A stretch of DNA of 64,000 nucleotides, taken from assembly GCA_951406725.2 (NCBI GenBank), contig OX597816.1:175026001-175090000 (forward strand), given 5' to 3'. Below, one piece after another: positions 12,056 to 25,800 of the stretch (the stretch's first letter is position 1; every line of letters begins with the position of its first letter). The position numbers were made by a program, and so were the translations under genes. The notes below the pieces were generated by a model. The model had not been told where the DNA came from. It saw nothing but the letters and a program-made list of their open reading frames with translations, and ran no database searches. The DNA is from Octopus vulgaris (lineage: Eukaryota).

Positions 12056-12560
12056 TGTAGCTCTTAGTGAAATGCATTATCTCTCTTTGAGAGATATAAT
12101 ACAAATGCGGACGTGGCATATAACAGCCAGCCTTCGGCTGCTTAGGCCCAGTTGTGTCCGCTGCTCTGATTGGTTGGTTTTGGTGCAGTTTTGACTCTTG
12201 CTTTATATCGCGCCAATGTGTAAACCAGTCAATCACAACCTTCTGATAAGGTCCTGTGACACAGTCTTCTAGGTTCTTTTCTGGAGCCCACTAATCTCTT
12301 TAAAAAGCTCAATCAACAAACCATTTTGGGTCTTTGATTCTTGTCCTTCTTAGGACTAACCTCTAACCACAGAGTGACTCAGCCATGTTCCAGCGACTTA
12401 GCCAGTTCTAGTTCCAGCGACTGCGACACCAACATCACCACAGCATTTCAGGACCTTTCACCTCTGTCACCTTTCACCACCGTCGCCTTTCAGCTTATTG
12501 ACACCACCAACATAGCTATGTACACACCAACAACAACATCACCCAGGTTTAACTACACCT
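12056..12560 (+). mobile_element. Partial LTR related to the solo LTR at 5472-6408
   Basis: Begins TGTAG and shares ordered blocks (GTTGTGTCC.CTG.TCTGATTGGTTG, CGCGCCA, AATCACAA, CTCAGC.ATGTTCCAG) with the reverse complement of 5472-6408. Confidence 0.65.
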
Positions 12561-12566
12561 GTTTGT

Positions 12567-12940
12567 GACTTGGAGGGATCATTTTCAATCATGGCCTGGA
12601 TCTCATGAACAAATTCAGGAGTTCTTTTCTGATTAGAATGATCAGAGTGAGTCTTCTGAGCTGCTGCACCTTCGTAATCACCATTAGACTCATCCAACTC
12701 TTTCCGAATCCTCTGCACTATCCTCAGACTGACACACAAACACTCTGAAATGTTTGTATTGGAATTTCCAGTGTGAATGCCAAGCAGTACAGTATGTCAT
12801 TTCCAAATTTCTGTTTTTCTCACAGATAGTGCCCAACTAGCCCTACTATACTGTGAAGTTGACAAAATCAAAAACAAAAAATGTGTATGCACAAAATTTA
12901 AAATATAAAATGGCAACAATTTACTCATCGCACTCTGTAT
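12567..12940 (-). mobile_element. Tc1/mariner-type transposon left end with transposase N-terminal HTH fragment
   Basis: NISECLCVSLRIVQRIRKELDES...KRTPEFVHEIQAMIENDPSKS; TIR-like TA|CAGAGTGCGATGAGTAAATTG next to a TA run. Confidence 0.65.
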
Positions 12941-12964
12941 ATATATGGGTATATATATATATGT

Positions 12965-13203
12965 GGAGGCGCAATGGCCCAGTGGTTAGGGTAGCGGACT
13001 CGCGGTTTCAATTCGCAGACCGGGCGTTGTGAGTGTTTATTGAGCGAAAACACCTAAAAGCTCCACGAGGCTTCGGCAGGGGGTGGTGATCCCTGCTGTA
13101 CTCTTTCACAACTCTTTCTCCCACTCTTTCTTCTGTTGGCCTGCTCGCTTAGCCAGCGGGGTGGTGTCATTCGAATGCTAAAACAATGCGAACGCATTGT
13201 GAC
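12965..13203 (+). mobile_element. tRNA(Arg)-derived SINE, short-tail type (OR2-like)
   Basis: GGAGGCGCAATGGCCCAGTGGTTAGGG head with A and B boxes; near-identical copy at 45936-46232. Confidence 0.85.
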
Positions 13204-13394
13204 CATGCTCACATGGAAAATTCGAAACGAATAACACCTCTTGCTTGCAACTCTTGCCTAATGTCAAAGCAAGGAGACAGTAAAACAAACACACGCATAC
13301 ATATACATGTATATACATACATATATATACACACATACATGTATAAATATATGTACACACACACACACACATTTGTACTTATATCTATATTTAT

Positions 13395-13725
13395 ATGAGA
13401 TGTGTTCAAAAAGCATTTGACTTTATTTTCTCCCACCAAAACTGATGCTGCACGAACAAAATCTTTCGGGTGGGAGGTGATGCCACACTTTCTGTGCATG
13501 TGTGAAAATTCTCATGCTGGTAGGCTGTGTCTGTTCCCAGCTGTTATGTCTAGAGTACAAACAGGTAGAGCACTCGTCGGATTTTTGTTTTCATACAAAG
13601 TGACTGAATGCTTTGAGCAGAGATCCTGCATCAAGTTTTACTGAAAGCTTTATGATACTCAAGCTCAAAAGATTTAGTAGTCCTTTGGCAATGATGCAGT
13701 GAACAAAACTCAGATCAAGGAGTGC
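13395..13725 (+). mobile_element. Decayed mariner left end
   Basis: EQRSCIKF...FGNDAVNKTQIKE matches the mariner N-terminal HTH; contains stops. Confidence 0.6.
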
Positions 13726-14244
13726 CTGACTGAGCAGATGATGTCTTGCAGAGGGCAGTGTACTTTAGCTCCTACCCTGATTGTCTGCTGCATCTCTCAG
13801 CAGAAAACATGAGGTTCCTCAAAAAGCTGATAACAGCTGCTAAAGTACAAGAAGTGATGAATGGTTGTACACTATACTCTCAAATTTTCCTATATTCCAA
13901 CTACCTTATCACTTCTGCCGCAATCATCTTCTTTACCATTCTGATGCTACTCCTCCCTACATAAATGCCATGCTCTGGCCATCACTTTCACCATCTTAAA
14001 CACTTCCACTATCACCACTGCCCCTACTACAACTCTTAACCTACACATTCTGACCCACAATCCTACTTCCACTGGTATGGCCTTCTATCTTACGTATATC
14101 CAAATATTAGTCTTTTTGTCTAGTCTCTTTATACAACTAGCTGTATGTCCTAAAGCAGTCTCTGGAAAGTCTTCAGGCAAAACAGAGTGTGTATTTTGTT
14201 TGATTCATTGTTATGGACTTTTCACTTTGAATTCTATATTCTTA

Positions 14245-14474
14245 TTTCTTTATTGCCCACAAGGAGCTAAATATAGAGGGGACAAACAAGGACAGACGAA
14301 GGGATTAAGTCGATTACATTGACCCCAATGCGTAATTGGTACTTAATTTATCAACCCCGAAAGGATGAAAGGCAAAGTCAACCTCGGTGGAATTTGAACT
14401 CAGAACGTAATGGCAGACGAAATACGGCTACGCATTTCGCCCGGCATGCTAACGTTTCTGCCAGCTCGCCGCCT
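14245..14474 (-). mobile_element. tRNA-derived SINE with a Meta/MESC-like central domain
   Basis: Reverse complement of GGCGGCGAGCTGGCAGAAACGTTAGC..GAGTTCAAATTCC..CCTTTCATCCTTTCGGGGT.GATAAATTAAGTACC; copies at 43359, 55912 and 60749. Confidence 0.8.
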
Positions 14475-14614
14475 TGTATTCTAAGTGGCCCTATAATATT
14501 CCTTTCTACAAACTCTCATGTGCTCATATATACATCTACATATGTGTTCATACACACATGTATATAGATACATACATATATTTACTAAAGATCTCTTCAA
14601 CACAGAGAGACAAG

Positions 14615-14951
14615 GCTCGACTGGCTCCTGTGCCGGTGGCACGTAAAATGCACTAACCAATAGTGACCAATGCTAGTACCACCTGACTGGCTCCTGTGCC
14701 GGTGGCATGTAAAAAGCACCATGCGAACATGATCATTGCCAGGCCTGCCTGACTGGCTCCTGTGCTGGTGGCATGTAAAAAGCACCCACTACACTCTCGG
14801 AGTGGTTGGCATTAGGAAGGGCATCCAGCTGTAGAAATATTGCCAGGTCAGATTGGAGTCTGGTGCAGCCACTGGCTCTCTGGACCTCATTCAAACCGTC
14901 CAACCCATGCCAGCACGGAAAACTGACATTAAACAATGATGATGATGATGA
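14615..14951 (+). mobile_element. RTE 3'-UTR-only copy (3 hairpin modules)
   Basis: GTGCCGGTGGCAC modules, GGAAGGGCATCCAGCTGTAGAAA, (GAT)n tail. Confidence 0.85.
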
Positions 14952-15196
14952 TCACTATTTCAGCACAAGAGCAAAGCTACCTTTCTGACCAACTACAACA
15001 TTGACAATTACTGCTATGTTCATTTATCTGACAATCACAGCACATGCACATCCATTTGTTTTTGCACACATTTAACAAAAACATATTATCATTTTATGTG
15101 AATACTTCTCACTGAGTTGGTAGAAACTCAACATTATTTTGGTAAGCATAGTAAAGGATAACATTCATCTCTATTTCTTTTATTAATCCTATCAAC

Positions 15197-15388
15197 ATCA
15201 TCATCATCATCATCGTTTAACGTCCGTTCTCCATGCTAGCATGGGTTGGACAGTTCGACCAGGGATCTGGGAAGCCAGAAGGCTGCACCAGGCTCCAGTC
15301 TGATCTGGCAATGTTTCTACAGCTGGATGCCCTTCCTAATGCCAACCACTCCGTGAGTGTAGTGGGTGCTTTTTACGTGCCACCTGCA
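15197..15388 (-). mobile_element. RTE 3'-UTR-only copy
   Basis: (CAT)n followed by the reverse complement of the family tail. Confidence 0.85.
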
Positions 15389-15410
15389 TGCTTTATATTC
15401 TCTTATGCTT

Positions 15411-15441
<31 letters not shown>

Positions 15442-16984
15442 CTCTCTCTCTCTCTCTCTCAAACCCTACAAAACTAAGAGTTTTGTTAATCAACAGTATC
15501 CAGTAAAAGCTAAATCAAATGCACAGCCATTTTTTCTTAGCAGATTAGTTAACTGCTTCATCTAATGCTGAAATCAATGTTGTTGTAGTGGATGCATGTG
15601 TGCGTAAATAAATACATAAACTGTTTCATGATTAAATAGGGATTTATTTACATGGGTTATAAGTTCACTACATAAAAATGTAAGCAAATGCTATGCATTG
15701 CTTGTACAGAGCACATAATAAAGATGAATATGTTTGTGTGTGTGTGGGTGTGTGCGTGAATCATTCAGAACAGTAGCCTGTAGGCATTTCTCTAGTCGTC
15801 TCCAAAACGCGGGGTGTCTGCTGCTGTGTCAGCTCCGATTGTGTGTTTCTCTGTTTTTCCCTTTGTATTTATAATATCTCAAACAGCTAGAAAGATAGCT
15901 ATACTGCAACAGAGTTACTACTTAAGTAGGTCATCGTTTGTCCAGTTGAACTTCGCCTGACATGGCTCAGGTCGTAGGTCAAAGGGAGATGATCAATCAA
16001 TTTTTGACAGAACAAAGGGATTCTTAATTTCGCGCCTATACATGCATTGGTATTTGACGACCGATGATTCTTGGATTCGATTTCGAATCCAAGCTTAGAG
16101 AAGGAAGTGCTAACTCTTACATTGTGCTCTAAGTCTGAACAAACTTAGAATGTACCTAGACTTATACCACATTCCATATTGATTATACTCACAGTATAAC
16201 AAATTGATTTGTGTGCATATTGCATGAACAAAGCATTTCAGCATACTTGTGATTACTGTTTAGCACCAAGGTGGTCTGGATTGAACTTATGTATAAACAA
16301 AGCATTTTCAGTTGTGATATCCTGTCTTCAGTTTTTCTTCAAGACATAGTATGCCTTTGACCACATTATCATAACACTTTTTTTTATAAGATGGTAAAGT
16401 GGGATTAAAGAGTATTTGGCTACTATTTCTAGCAGATTGAGTGATCACAGAAAAATCCTTTGTAGCTAATTTCAATAACAAAGGTTAAAGACATCTTATA
16501 TTTGAATAAAGTAGTGGAAATCCCAGATCAGCCTGTATCAATCCTGCACATGTTTTATCTTCAACAAATCTGTAGATGAACCACAGAACTATTAGAAAAG
16601 CACAAACTAAACTAGTTGTCTTGTTTTGTAATTTAAACTCTAATAGTTAAATCCAAAGAATCTCTCAAAGTGGTCAACTTTGCTTTTCATTCCTTCAGGG
16701 TCAATTAAATAGAGAACTAGCCAAGTCAATGGTAATTTTTTAGCTAGTCTTGTTCTTGAACTGGCAGAATTGTTGGAGTATCAGAAAAAATGCCTTGTGG
16801 TGTTTCTGTTCTGAGTTCAAATCCTCTTGAGGTCAACTTTGCCTTTTATCCCTCTTGGGATAAAATAAAGTACTAGTCAAGTGTTAGAGTCAATAACCTT
16901 CTCTTTACAAAAGTTACTGGCTTTATATCTAAATTAGAAATAATGATAATGATGATTAGACTGTTGAAAAAGAAAAATTCCTAA

Positions 16985-18420
16985 CATCAGGCTACAACAA
17001 GTGACCTTAGATGCCAAGAACCCTCTTAAGTATCCTAGCTGTCCCTAATAACACTGTTTTCTGAAGCTGTACTAAACTGGTTTTTATGCCTATTTCCTCT
17101 ATCCATCTGTTCAGATTTTTAGGAATAGTTCCTAATGCACCTGTAACTACAAGAGCAAATCAGCCTTCTAGCTTCAATTGCTCTGTCCATCTGCATGTTA
17201 AAGTCTTGCAACATCTTATATTTCTTACTATCTAGTACTTTACTAGGTTCATGTTCATACCATTTATCAGTATGTTCCAATCCTAGCTTTCTACATAACT
17301 CCAAGTGGATTACTCTCCCTAGGTTGTCATGTCTTTTCTTGTATTCTTTCTCTGCCAGCATACTACTACATCCACTTACTATATGAATAACCTTTTCCTC
17401 TTTTGATTTGCACAACCTACATTGGGAATCTATTTGGTTTTTGTCTATCTTGGCTTTTATCTAATTAGTCCTTAATGTTTGATCCTGTGCTGCAACTAAC
17501 AAACTTTCTGTCTCCCTTTTCAGCCTTCCTTTCTGCAACCATAATCATGTCTCGTTACTGTTTCCTGCAACTGTTCTTGGGAATATACCATGCAAAGCCT
17601 TCTCTTGCCAGTCAGATAACTTATGTTCTTTTTGTCTGGTTTTAACTTCATTAAGCTTTTTGGTTTCTCTATGTCTTGCTGTGACTCTAGCAGCTCTTAA
17701 TAAACTTTCTTCACTATTATCTACATAGGAGGCTGTATATACTCTAGTTAACTCCACACAGTCTTCTACTGATATTAACCTTCTTCCACCTTCCTTTCTA
17801 TGTAAGTGTAATCTTACTACTCCTGCCCTTGGGTAGAATTCTCCATTTATATTGAATTCCTTCCTGGTTCTGTCTAGCTTTGCTAATTCAAATTTTGTCC
17901 AATCTACAAAAGCTGCCTTCTCTAGATTTGGACCATTTTGCTTTGACTTCATCAGCTTCCTCATCCTTCTGATTTATTCCTTCTCAATTTTTGTTTTCAT
18001 TATTTATAGTTAGCACTGTCAGATTCTAATACTCCTAGATACTTATAACTCTCTACTTCTTTCAGTGATTTTAATGTCAGGTCATCTGGTAATTGGATGC
18101 CTTCAATGTTGACTACCCATCCTTTTTCCATGACTAATATTGCACACTTATCTATGCCAAATTCCATGCCTACATCTTTGCTGAAGAGTCTTACAGTTTA
18201 TATTAAGGAATCTATCTCTTTTTCACTCTTGCTAAAAAGCTTCAGATAATCCGCGTAGAGCCAACAGTTAATTTTCCTTTACTATTTCTGAACTGATACC
18301 CTGCCTTTGCCTTCCTTAATACTAAACTGAGGAAGATTAAACAAAAGACAAATATTAAAAGCAATAATGAGTCTCTTTGGAAAATTCCTCTCTTGATATT
18401 AACTTTCCCTAATGCTGTGT
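16985..18420 (-). mobile_element. Decayed R4/Dong-clade retrotransposon 3' part (RT end, CCHC, RLE)
   Basis: IKRGIFQRDS, YADYLKLF, LHRKEGGRRL, LLVAAQDQTLRT, CRLCKSKEEKVIHIVSGC..KEYKKRHDNL, DFNMQMDR. Confidence 0.85.
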
Positions 18421-19151
18421 GCCTTTAGTAGAAAGGATTATCATTATTATTATTTTAAAAGGATTGACATAACTCTTCACAAAGGTAAATGTGCTTGCAA
18501 TAGATATTTTATTGGTTGAATGCTATTTTGACAGTTAGCCTGTCTTTGTTGAGTTCAAAATGAAAAGTGATACACAAAAATTCAAAATAATAGAAATTCA
18601 AATCCAAAACATGAATGCAGGCATTGATGAAATGACATCATCAGTCTTCAATTTACAAGTTTACAACTGGCAAAAAGGAAAAGAAAGAAAAAAGAAAAAT
18701 GAAAAGGAAAAAGAAGAATATTTAATCAAACAATTTTGTGTAAATATAATGGAATTTCCCTGTCATTTTATTCATTCCTCCAGGGCATAATGTTAATAAA
18801 ACGCAAACATATTTCTCCTCATGCATTTTGAGTACCAAAAGTGAAGCAGATTCAAAATATTTTCTGAGAATATGCACTTTCAAGTCTTTTTCAAAATTGC
18901 AGTCATTTGATGCGAAATGTTCGGCAAGTTCTGTCCAACTACTGTTGTTGTGCCTGATATTGAATCTTTTGTTTAATTGTTCTAGTTCCTGATATTTTTC
19001 TTTCTTCTTGATTTCACATTGTTTCTTTCTTTTCAGGATATTGATATACTTTCATAGTTCATTCAGTGATTGCTTTATCCTTCTTTGTCACCAAGACTTT
19101 TTTGCTATATTTCATCTTTTATAGTTTGATTCAAAATCTACTTTCCTTCCT

Positions 19152-19690
19152 ATCATCATCATCATCATCATCATTTAGCGTCTGCTTTCCATGCTAGCAT
19201 GGGTTGGACGGTTCAACTGGGGTCTGTGAAGTCAGAAGGCTGTATCAGGCCCAGTCTTTTCTGGCAATGTTTCTACGGCTGGATGCCCTTCCTAACACCA
19301 ACCACTCCGTAAGTGTAGTGGGTGCTTTTTACGTGCCACCTGCACAGGTGCCAGACGGAGCTGGCAAACAGCCACGGACCGATGGTGCTTTTTACGTGCC
19401 ACTGGCACGGGGGCCAGGCGAGGCTGGCAACGGCCACGAACAGATGGTGCTTTTTACGTGCCACCGGAGCCACGATCGGATGGTTCGCTTACTTGTCACC
19501 GGCACTGGTATCACAGCTGCAATTTCCATTGATGTTGATCGACTTCAATTTTGGTTCTGCTTTCTGATATCTGATTTGATTTGGTTTGATTTTGATTTTG
19601 ATTTTCACTTGCCTCAACAGGTCTTCACAAGTGGAGTTTTGTGTCCCAAGAAGGAAAGGTATGTATAAGTCGACTGGCTACATACCTATG
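19152..19690 (-). mobile_element. RTE 3'-UTR copy with about 4 hairpin modules
   Basis: (CAT)n, family tail, repeated GGTGCTTTTTACGTGCCAC. Confidence 0.85.
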
Positions 19691-19694
19691 TAGA

Positions 19695-20200
19695 TGATAA
19701 CAAGCTCTAATCAATCTATTCGTTCCAGTTATATTATCCACCTTAATTTATGAATCTCATCAAGCTCTAATGCTGTTAACCATCTGTTCTTCCTTATTAT
19801 CCTTGCCTGGTTAAACAATTTCTGTTTCAAAGTATCCAAGCCCTGTGTCTCCATCCAGATGTCATGTATTCTCTTTCTTCTTTCACCATCAATGGGGCCT
19901 GCTCAAGAAAATAACATTCAACTACAACCATATTCATCACCTTAGACCATCTTGTTATGGTAGTCATATAATGATGACCTAGTCTGTGCTGCTTGCACAC
20001 AGGACACCTGCCAGGTGAGAGTCTATTACCTGAAGTTCCATCCTCATTTATGTTGTTTCTGTTAATTCTGTTATCCATTACTCTCATAGAGAGGAAAGTG
20101 ATAATAAGGTGTCACAACCACCAGTATTTTTATTAAGAAACCATCTATAGAGGGGTTTACCTCAAATTACTCAAAAGAGATCCTCTACCCTTAAAAGTTT
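19695..20200 (-). mobile_element. R4/Dong-clade 5' end fragment (5' UTR and ORF N-terminus)
   Basis: ORF 19827..20087 NEDGTSGNRLSPGRCP...RWSKVMNMVVVECYF; homologous to 28658..28846. Confidence 0.6.
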
Positions 20201-20665
20201 AAGTGAACAGCTAGAGAAATATATTCATTACCATTATCATTACTGCTTTCCTAAGTGGTAATGACTTTATTGGCAGCACAACTAATGAAGAAATGCTATT
20301 TGGATGGCTGTTGGCTCCTCATACTTCATCCACTCTTAGATAGGTCTTGCTTTTCATCCTGCAGAGTGACCAAATAGTCAGAAAACAACCTCCCTCACAG
20401 AGCAAGCTCTGTGGCGTTGCCAGTCTAGTCAATTTCGACCCAACATTTGTGATTCAATTTCATGCCCTCAGTTATGGTGGTGAAGGGGAAAGTGTCACAT
20501 AGCTGAGTAAATAAGATATCCTGACAAATGTAGTGGAAAGAAGGAAGAAAAAACAAAGAAAAAGGGGAGAAAGAGTGATGATAGGAGTGCATGTGTGCTC
20601 TAATGTGTGAGGGTATACACTGAATGATGTTGGAAGGGGTTGACTGCGTGCATACATTGACCTTG

Positions 20666-21043
20666 GTGGAGGCACAATGGCCCAGTGGTTAGGGCAGCGG
20701 ACTCGCGGTCACAGGATCGCGGTTTCGATTCCCAGACCGGGCGTTGTGAGTGTTTATTGAGCGAAAACACCTAAAGCTCCACAAGGCTCCGGCAGGGGAT
20801 GGTGGTGATTCCTGCTGTACTCTTTCACCACAACTTTCTCTTACTTCCTGTTTCTGTTGTACCTGTATTTCAAAGGGCCGGCCTTGTCGCTCTCTGTGTC
20901 ACGCTGAATATCCCCGAGAACTACGTTAAGGGTACACGTGTCTGTGGAGTGCTCAGCCACTTACACGTTAATTTCACGAGCAGGCTGTTCCGTTGATTCG
21001 GATCAACTGGAACCCTCGTCGTCATAACCGACGGAGTGCTTCC
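20666..21043 (+). mobile_element. tRNA(Arg)-derived SINE, long-tail type (OR1-like)
   Basis: tRNA-like head with TCG anticodon-like loop; 12-bp TSD ACATTGACCTTG (20654-20665, 21044-21055). Confidence 0.9.
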
Positions 21044-21204
21044 ACATTGACCTTGACTAAAGTTGGAAAAGTATGTTGCTGAGTAAGGGAGAGAAGAAAA
21101 TTTGAAGTCAGATAACAGAAAATGGGAAGCTTGAAGTCAGATAACAAAAAACAATTCTATTATAAGTTGTTGTTGATGTTGTTATTGTTGTTATTGAAGA
21201 CAGT

Positions 21205-22690
21205 GCACAGTATCCAATATTATGATGTTGTGGACTGAAGATATTGTGTCCACTGGGAGTTTGTACTGCCTGTCAAGGGCCTCAGACACAATATGTGTGC
21301 AGTTCCAAGTAAAGTTGATTTTTGTAATACACCTAGATTGTAGGGTATTTCTAAAGTTTCCAGATGTTTCTTTAGGGTGGGTGGGTGGTATTGAACTAAT
21401 GATCCGGTGACAACAGGGACAACTTTTACGTTTGACTCTCATAGCCATCACATCTTGACAATCTCTTTCTTTTATGATATGTAGATCTCCTGGTGCTGCT
21501 TTGTCAATTTTTAGCCACTCCTGTTTATCCCTCCTAAAGGTTACTATATCTCGCCTTTGGTGCTCTTGTTACTGAGTTTGATATTCAATGCTTGGTCCTG
21601 GGCTGTGATGATTAAGCTTTCAGTCTTCTTTTTTGCTGAGCCACCTCCATGATGCTTCCTGGTCTTTTAAGTTATTAGTTTCATGTCTGTCTGGAAGTCA
21701 AAGTCCCACAGGATCTTTGCCTTCCCCTTTTCATCTATTACTTTTTCCAGTGTATCTTGATATCAAGCACTTGTTACTTTGTATCCATACTTCCTGCATA
21801 GTAGCCAGTGAAGGTTTTGGGTTACCTTGTCATGTCTGCATTTGTACTCTTTCTGAACAAGACTTTCACAAGCACTAACAATGTGAATCACACTTTCAAT
21901 CTTCTTCCCACACATTCTGCAGAGGTTTGTTGCACTTGTGTGGTATATATCTCTTTTCACCGAGTTGGTATTCAGTGCCTGATCCTAGGCAGCAACGATT
22001 AGGTCTTCAGTCTTCTTTTTAAGGTCACCCTTGCTGAGCCACCTCCATGATGCTTCCTGGACTCTTAAGTTGTTGGTTTTACAGTAGAACTGACCATATA
22101 ATTCCATGCAGAGTAGAGTTTCTTCTCTCCTCTCTGTTGGCTATTCATAATTGGAATTCATTAGCACTCTCATGTCCATTGCTGCTAAATCCTTCTGCAT
22201 TAGCAACATACTGTAGCAGGTCTTGTTTGCTGTTCACCAAATACTCTGCCATGTTTTTTCTCTTACTTGTATGCAATCCCATACGCTTATCAGGCTACAT
22301 CCATCTTTACATCTCTTCATGTCAAACTGTGTATGTTCACCTTAAGGTGGGGGGCACCATGCATTGTCAATTCAAGGAGTGTGACTGAGTTGGTCAATCT
22401 CCATGTGTGTACATTTCAGAATGTGAGTAATGTATGGGGGACTACAACAACAGCCCATATGTTGATGGCAGTCACCAGGTTTCTGGTATTGAGTTTTGAC
22501 TTCAAGAGAAGTTTAAGGCACTTCAAATATGCAGTGGTGACCTTGTCTTTCATTTCTCTGTGCAAGATATTGTTCAGCTCCAGGATCTCAAGGTACTTCT
22601 ATACATCACCATCTCAATTTCAAAGTGAGCACCGCACACTTTGGGATACCCAAATTTCATCCCAATATCCTTGCTGCACATCTACACAGC
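21205..22690 (-). mobile_element. Decayed R4/Dong-clade retrotransposon 3' part
   Basis: CRMCGKKIESVIHIVSACESLVQKEYKCRHDKV; ILWDFDFQTD; QKSTLLGTAHIL. Confidence 0.82.
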
Positions 22691-22845
22691 TTCAACCAGC
22701 CTTTCCGTTTCAGACTCTATTTTTGTGAACAGTTTTAAATCAAACATGAAGAGAAGGTGGTTGAGATGAGATCCATTCTTTCTTAGCTCATAGTGCACAT
22801 TGAATTTGCATAGAACTACAGAAAGTGAGATCAAGTCTATAACAA

Positions 22846-25800
22846 ATTATTATTTTTATTATTATATGTTTGACTTTTGCTTTGTATTTGTACGAGTTGG
22901 CTCCAAATCTCACCCAGAGACCTCAAGAGACAACAAATTAGAAGTTCATGTTGGTGTTATGCCTAGGGTGTCATATATTTAGTTTTGCACATAGTATTGT
23001 TCTAGAGATTTTTAAGAAAACAGAAAATTATGTGTTTGTTTTAAAATTTGAGATTACATAGTATTTTATGTAGGATATGGGTAGTTCCCATGAGCACTAT
23101 CTTTTGAATTTCTGCCATTTTGGGGTTCCCTGGTATCTGAGCTAGGTAGCAATCAGCCCCTTTTGCTACCATTTCTAGGGCACCTATGACAACAGGTATA
23201 TTTTAGTCTTGAGGTTCCACATTTTGCCAATTTCTATTTCAAGATCTTTATACTTGCTCAGTTTTTGGTAGGTCTTGACAGATACAGTTATGTTGATTGG
23301 GATAGTCATATCAATGAGGAGGCATGATTTTTGTCTGAAGTCTTTTGCTATAATGTCTGGCCTATTTGCATCTATCCTTCTGTCAGTTTGAATGGTGAAG
23401 TTCCAGAGGAGTGAGATGTGATCATTTTCAAGCACTGGCAGTGGTTTGTGTTCCCACCAGTTTTTATCATGGGGCTACCCAGTGAATATATTGTGTTGCT
23501 CTAGCATGCCTGTTGAGATGCTCTGTAGGTACAAGAAGATTGCACAGGGAGACGATATGATCAATGGTTTCATTTTGATGTTGACATACAAGATATGTTG
23601 GGCACCTGCTGTTCTTTAATATGTTGGCCTGGTAGTTTCTTATAGGTAGGCATTGATCTTGGGCTACTATGATAAACCCTTCTGTTTCTGATTTTAAGCC
23701 AGAAGACACTAACAATTGATGGGTAAGGGCTTTGTCAACATCGGCATTATTAGCTCGCTTTGGGTATTTGCCATTGAGAGGTTTTTCTTGCCATTTATCC
23801 GTAAGAATATCTAAGGCAGCAGTTTTAGAATGGGTTTTCATAAGCTTAGCTTTTTCTGCGCTTGTTTCTAATACGTCTAATTCTGGAATTTGTTGTATCT
23901 GGAATTCACTTAAATATTCCTCTGCCTGTTTTGTTACTGAGTATGATGCTTTCAGACAAGTTTTGACATCCAGTCCTCAGAGCTTTTCAGGTAGGTGTCT
24001 AGGCCAATTGTGGCAATCTTCATTGTTAATTCCAGTTGTAAAAGTCCCTGGCCACCCACTTTTCTTGGCAGGTAAAGTTGTTCTATATCTGCCTTAGGGT
24101 GGTGCATTCTGTGCATTGTCAAAAATTTTCTTATTTTTCTGTCAAGATTGCATATTTCTGTAATTGACCAGTTAACAATATTGAAACTGTAAGTCATGAC
24201 TGCTATGGCGAATGTATTGATACTTCGATCCTGTTTCTTGCATTCAGCTCTGTTTTCAGTATTGCTCATACTCTGCGATAACATTCTCTTCTGATCCTTT
24301 CACTCATCACTGAATGTTTGATTCCGTCCCCTTCAAATACCCCCAGGTATTTGTAGCTCTCCACTGATTCTAATTCCTTTATGGCATTCTGCTGGTCAAG
24401 ATTAACGTTGGATGTTTTTTGTCATTTTGCCTTTGATAAATGCAGCTTTTGCACATTTATCGAGGCCAAATTGTATCCTGATGTTATCACTGAATTATTT
24501 AACAATCACTAGTAAGCCCTGTAGTTGTTGGTCATTTTTAGCAAAGAGCTTTAAATCATCCATGTAAATGAAATGATTTATATTTATATCAAACATTTTA
24601 TAACTGTATTGTACATCATTGAGCAATTTTGAGAGAGGTATTAAGGCTAGACAAAAGAGGAATGGTTATAGAGAGTCAACCTGGAAAATACCACAGGAAG
24701 TTCTTACATCTCCAGCATTAAGAGATTCATTGTCACTGTTCAGAGTTAGTGTGGTTCTCCATGATCTCATACTTACAGACAAGAAGTTTTGCAGATTAGG
24801 TGCTATTTTATACATTTCCAGACATTTCTTAATCCAGCTATGTGGTAGGCTACCAAAAGCTTTTTTATAGTCTATCCAGACTATTTACAAGTTTTTGCGC
24901 CGTTTATGACAATCTTCTAAGATCATTTTATTGATGAGTAGCTGATCTTTACAACCATAGACCCACGTTTACATCCTTTTTGCTCATTAGGGAATATGCC
25001 ACTTTTTATTAAAAATCTATAGGTATATTCAGTCAAGACAGATGTTAGTATTTTATACATTGTTGTTAAGCAGGTTATGAGTCGATAATTTTTTGGTTCA
25101 TTTGTTTCTTCATTTTCTGGAAGTAGGAATGTTAAACCATTAACTAACCAAGAGGGAATCATACTAGGTTGTTGCAAAACATTCTTGTAAAGTTTTGTTA
25201 GCAGTTCATGGCTCTCCAGGAAGGCATTCAACCAGAAGTTAGGAATTTTATCCTTTCCTGGAGATTTCCATTTGCTTGGCTTCTTGAGAGCAGATCTTAC
25301 ATCCTCTACTTTGATACCTTCCCACTTTTGCTCTTCTAAGGAGTCTAAGTCTGCAGATATTCTCTCGATCCAAGGGGACTTTTCATTGTGTTTTATTTTC
25401 TGCCCAAATTTTATTCCAAAATTCCTTCACTTCTTCTTTTGATGGAACAGACTTTACTGTAACTGGGATTTTCCTTATCTTCCTGTAAAAAGTTTTGGGA
25501 TTATTTTTGAACATGACCTTGAAGAATCTAACGTGCTTTTCATACCTTGCCATGTGGTCAGCTTTAGCACATTCTTTTGCTTGGTGGTTTCTATGGTGGT
25601 ATCGATGTTAAATATGGTTTTCTTATTGTATTTTTCTTTAATTTTCAAAAATTTTGTTGGTTTGATAATCTTGCCAAACTTAAGGTTTTTTAAACATTCA
25701 TTGTCAGACCTAAGTAGCTGAATTTGGTGTTGAATATACTCTTGCTTAGTAGGTTTTTTGTGGGAATGTTGTCATTTTCTAATCTTTTCACCACACAGAA

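Noticed and set aside
16063-16140. C/D box snoRNA
   Set aside because: C box is imperfect (GATGATT), there is no terminal stem and no recognisable rRNA guide
20668-20745. tRNA-Arg(TCG) gene (also at 12965, 31235, 45936)
   Set aside because: These are SINE heads: each continues into a shared body, three have clear TSDs and the acceptor stem does not pair
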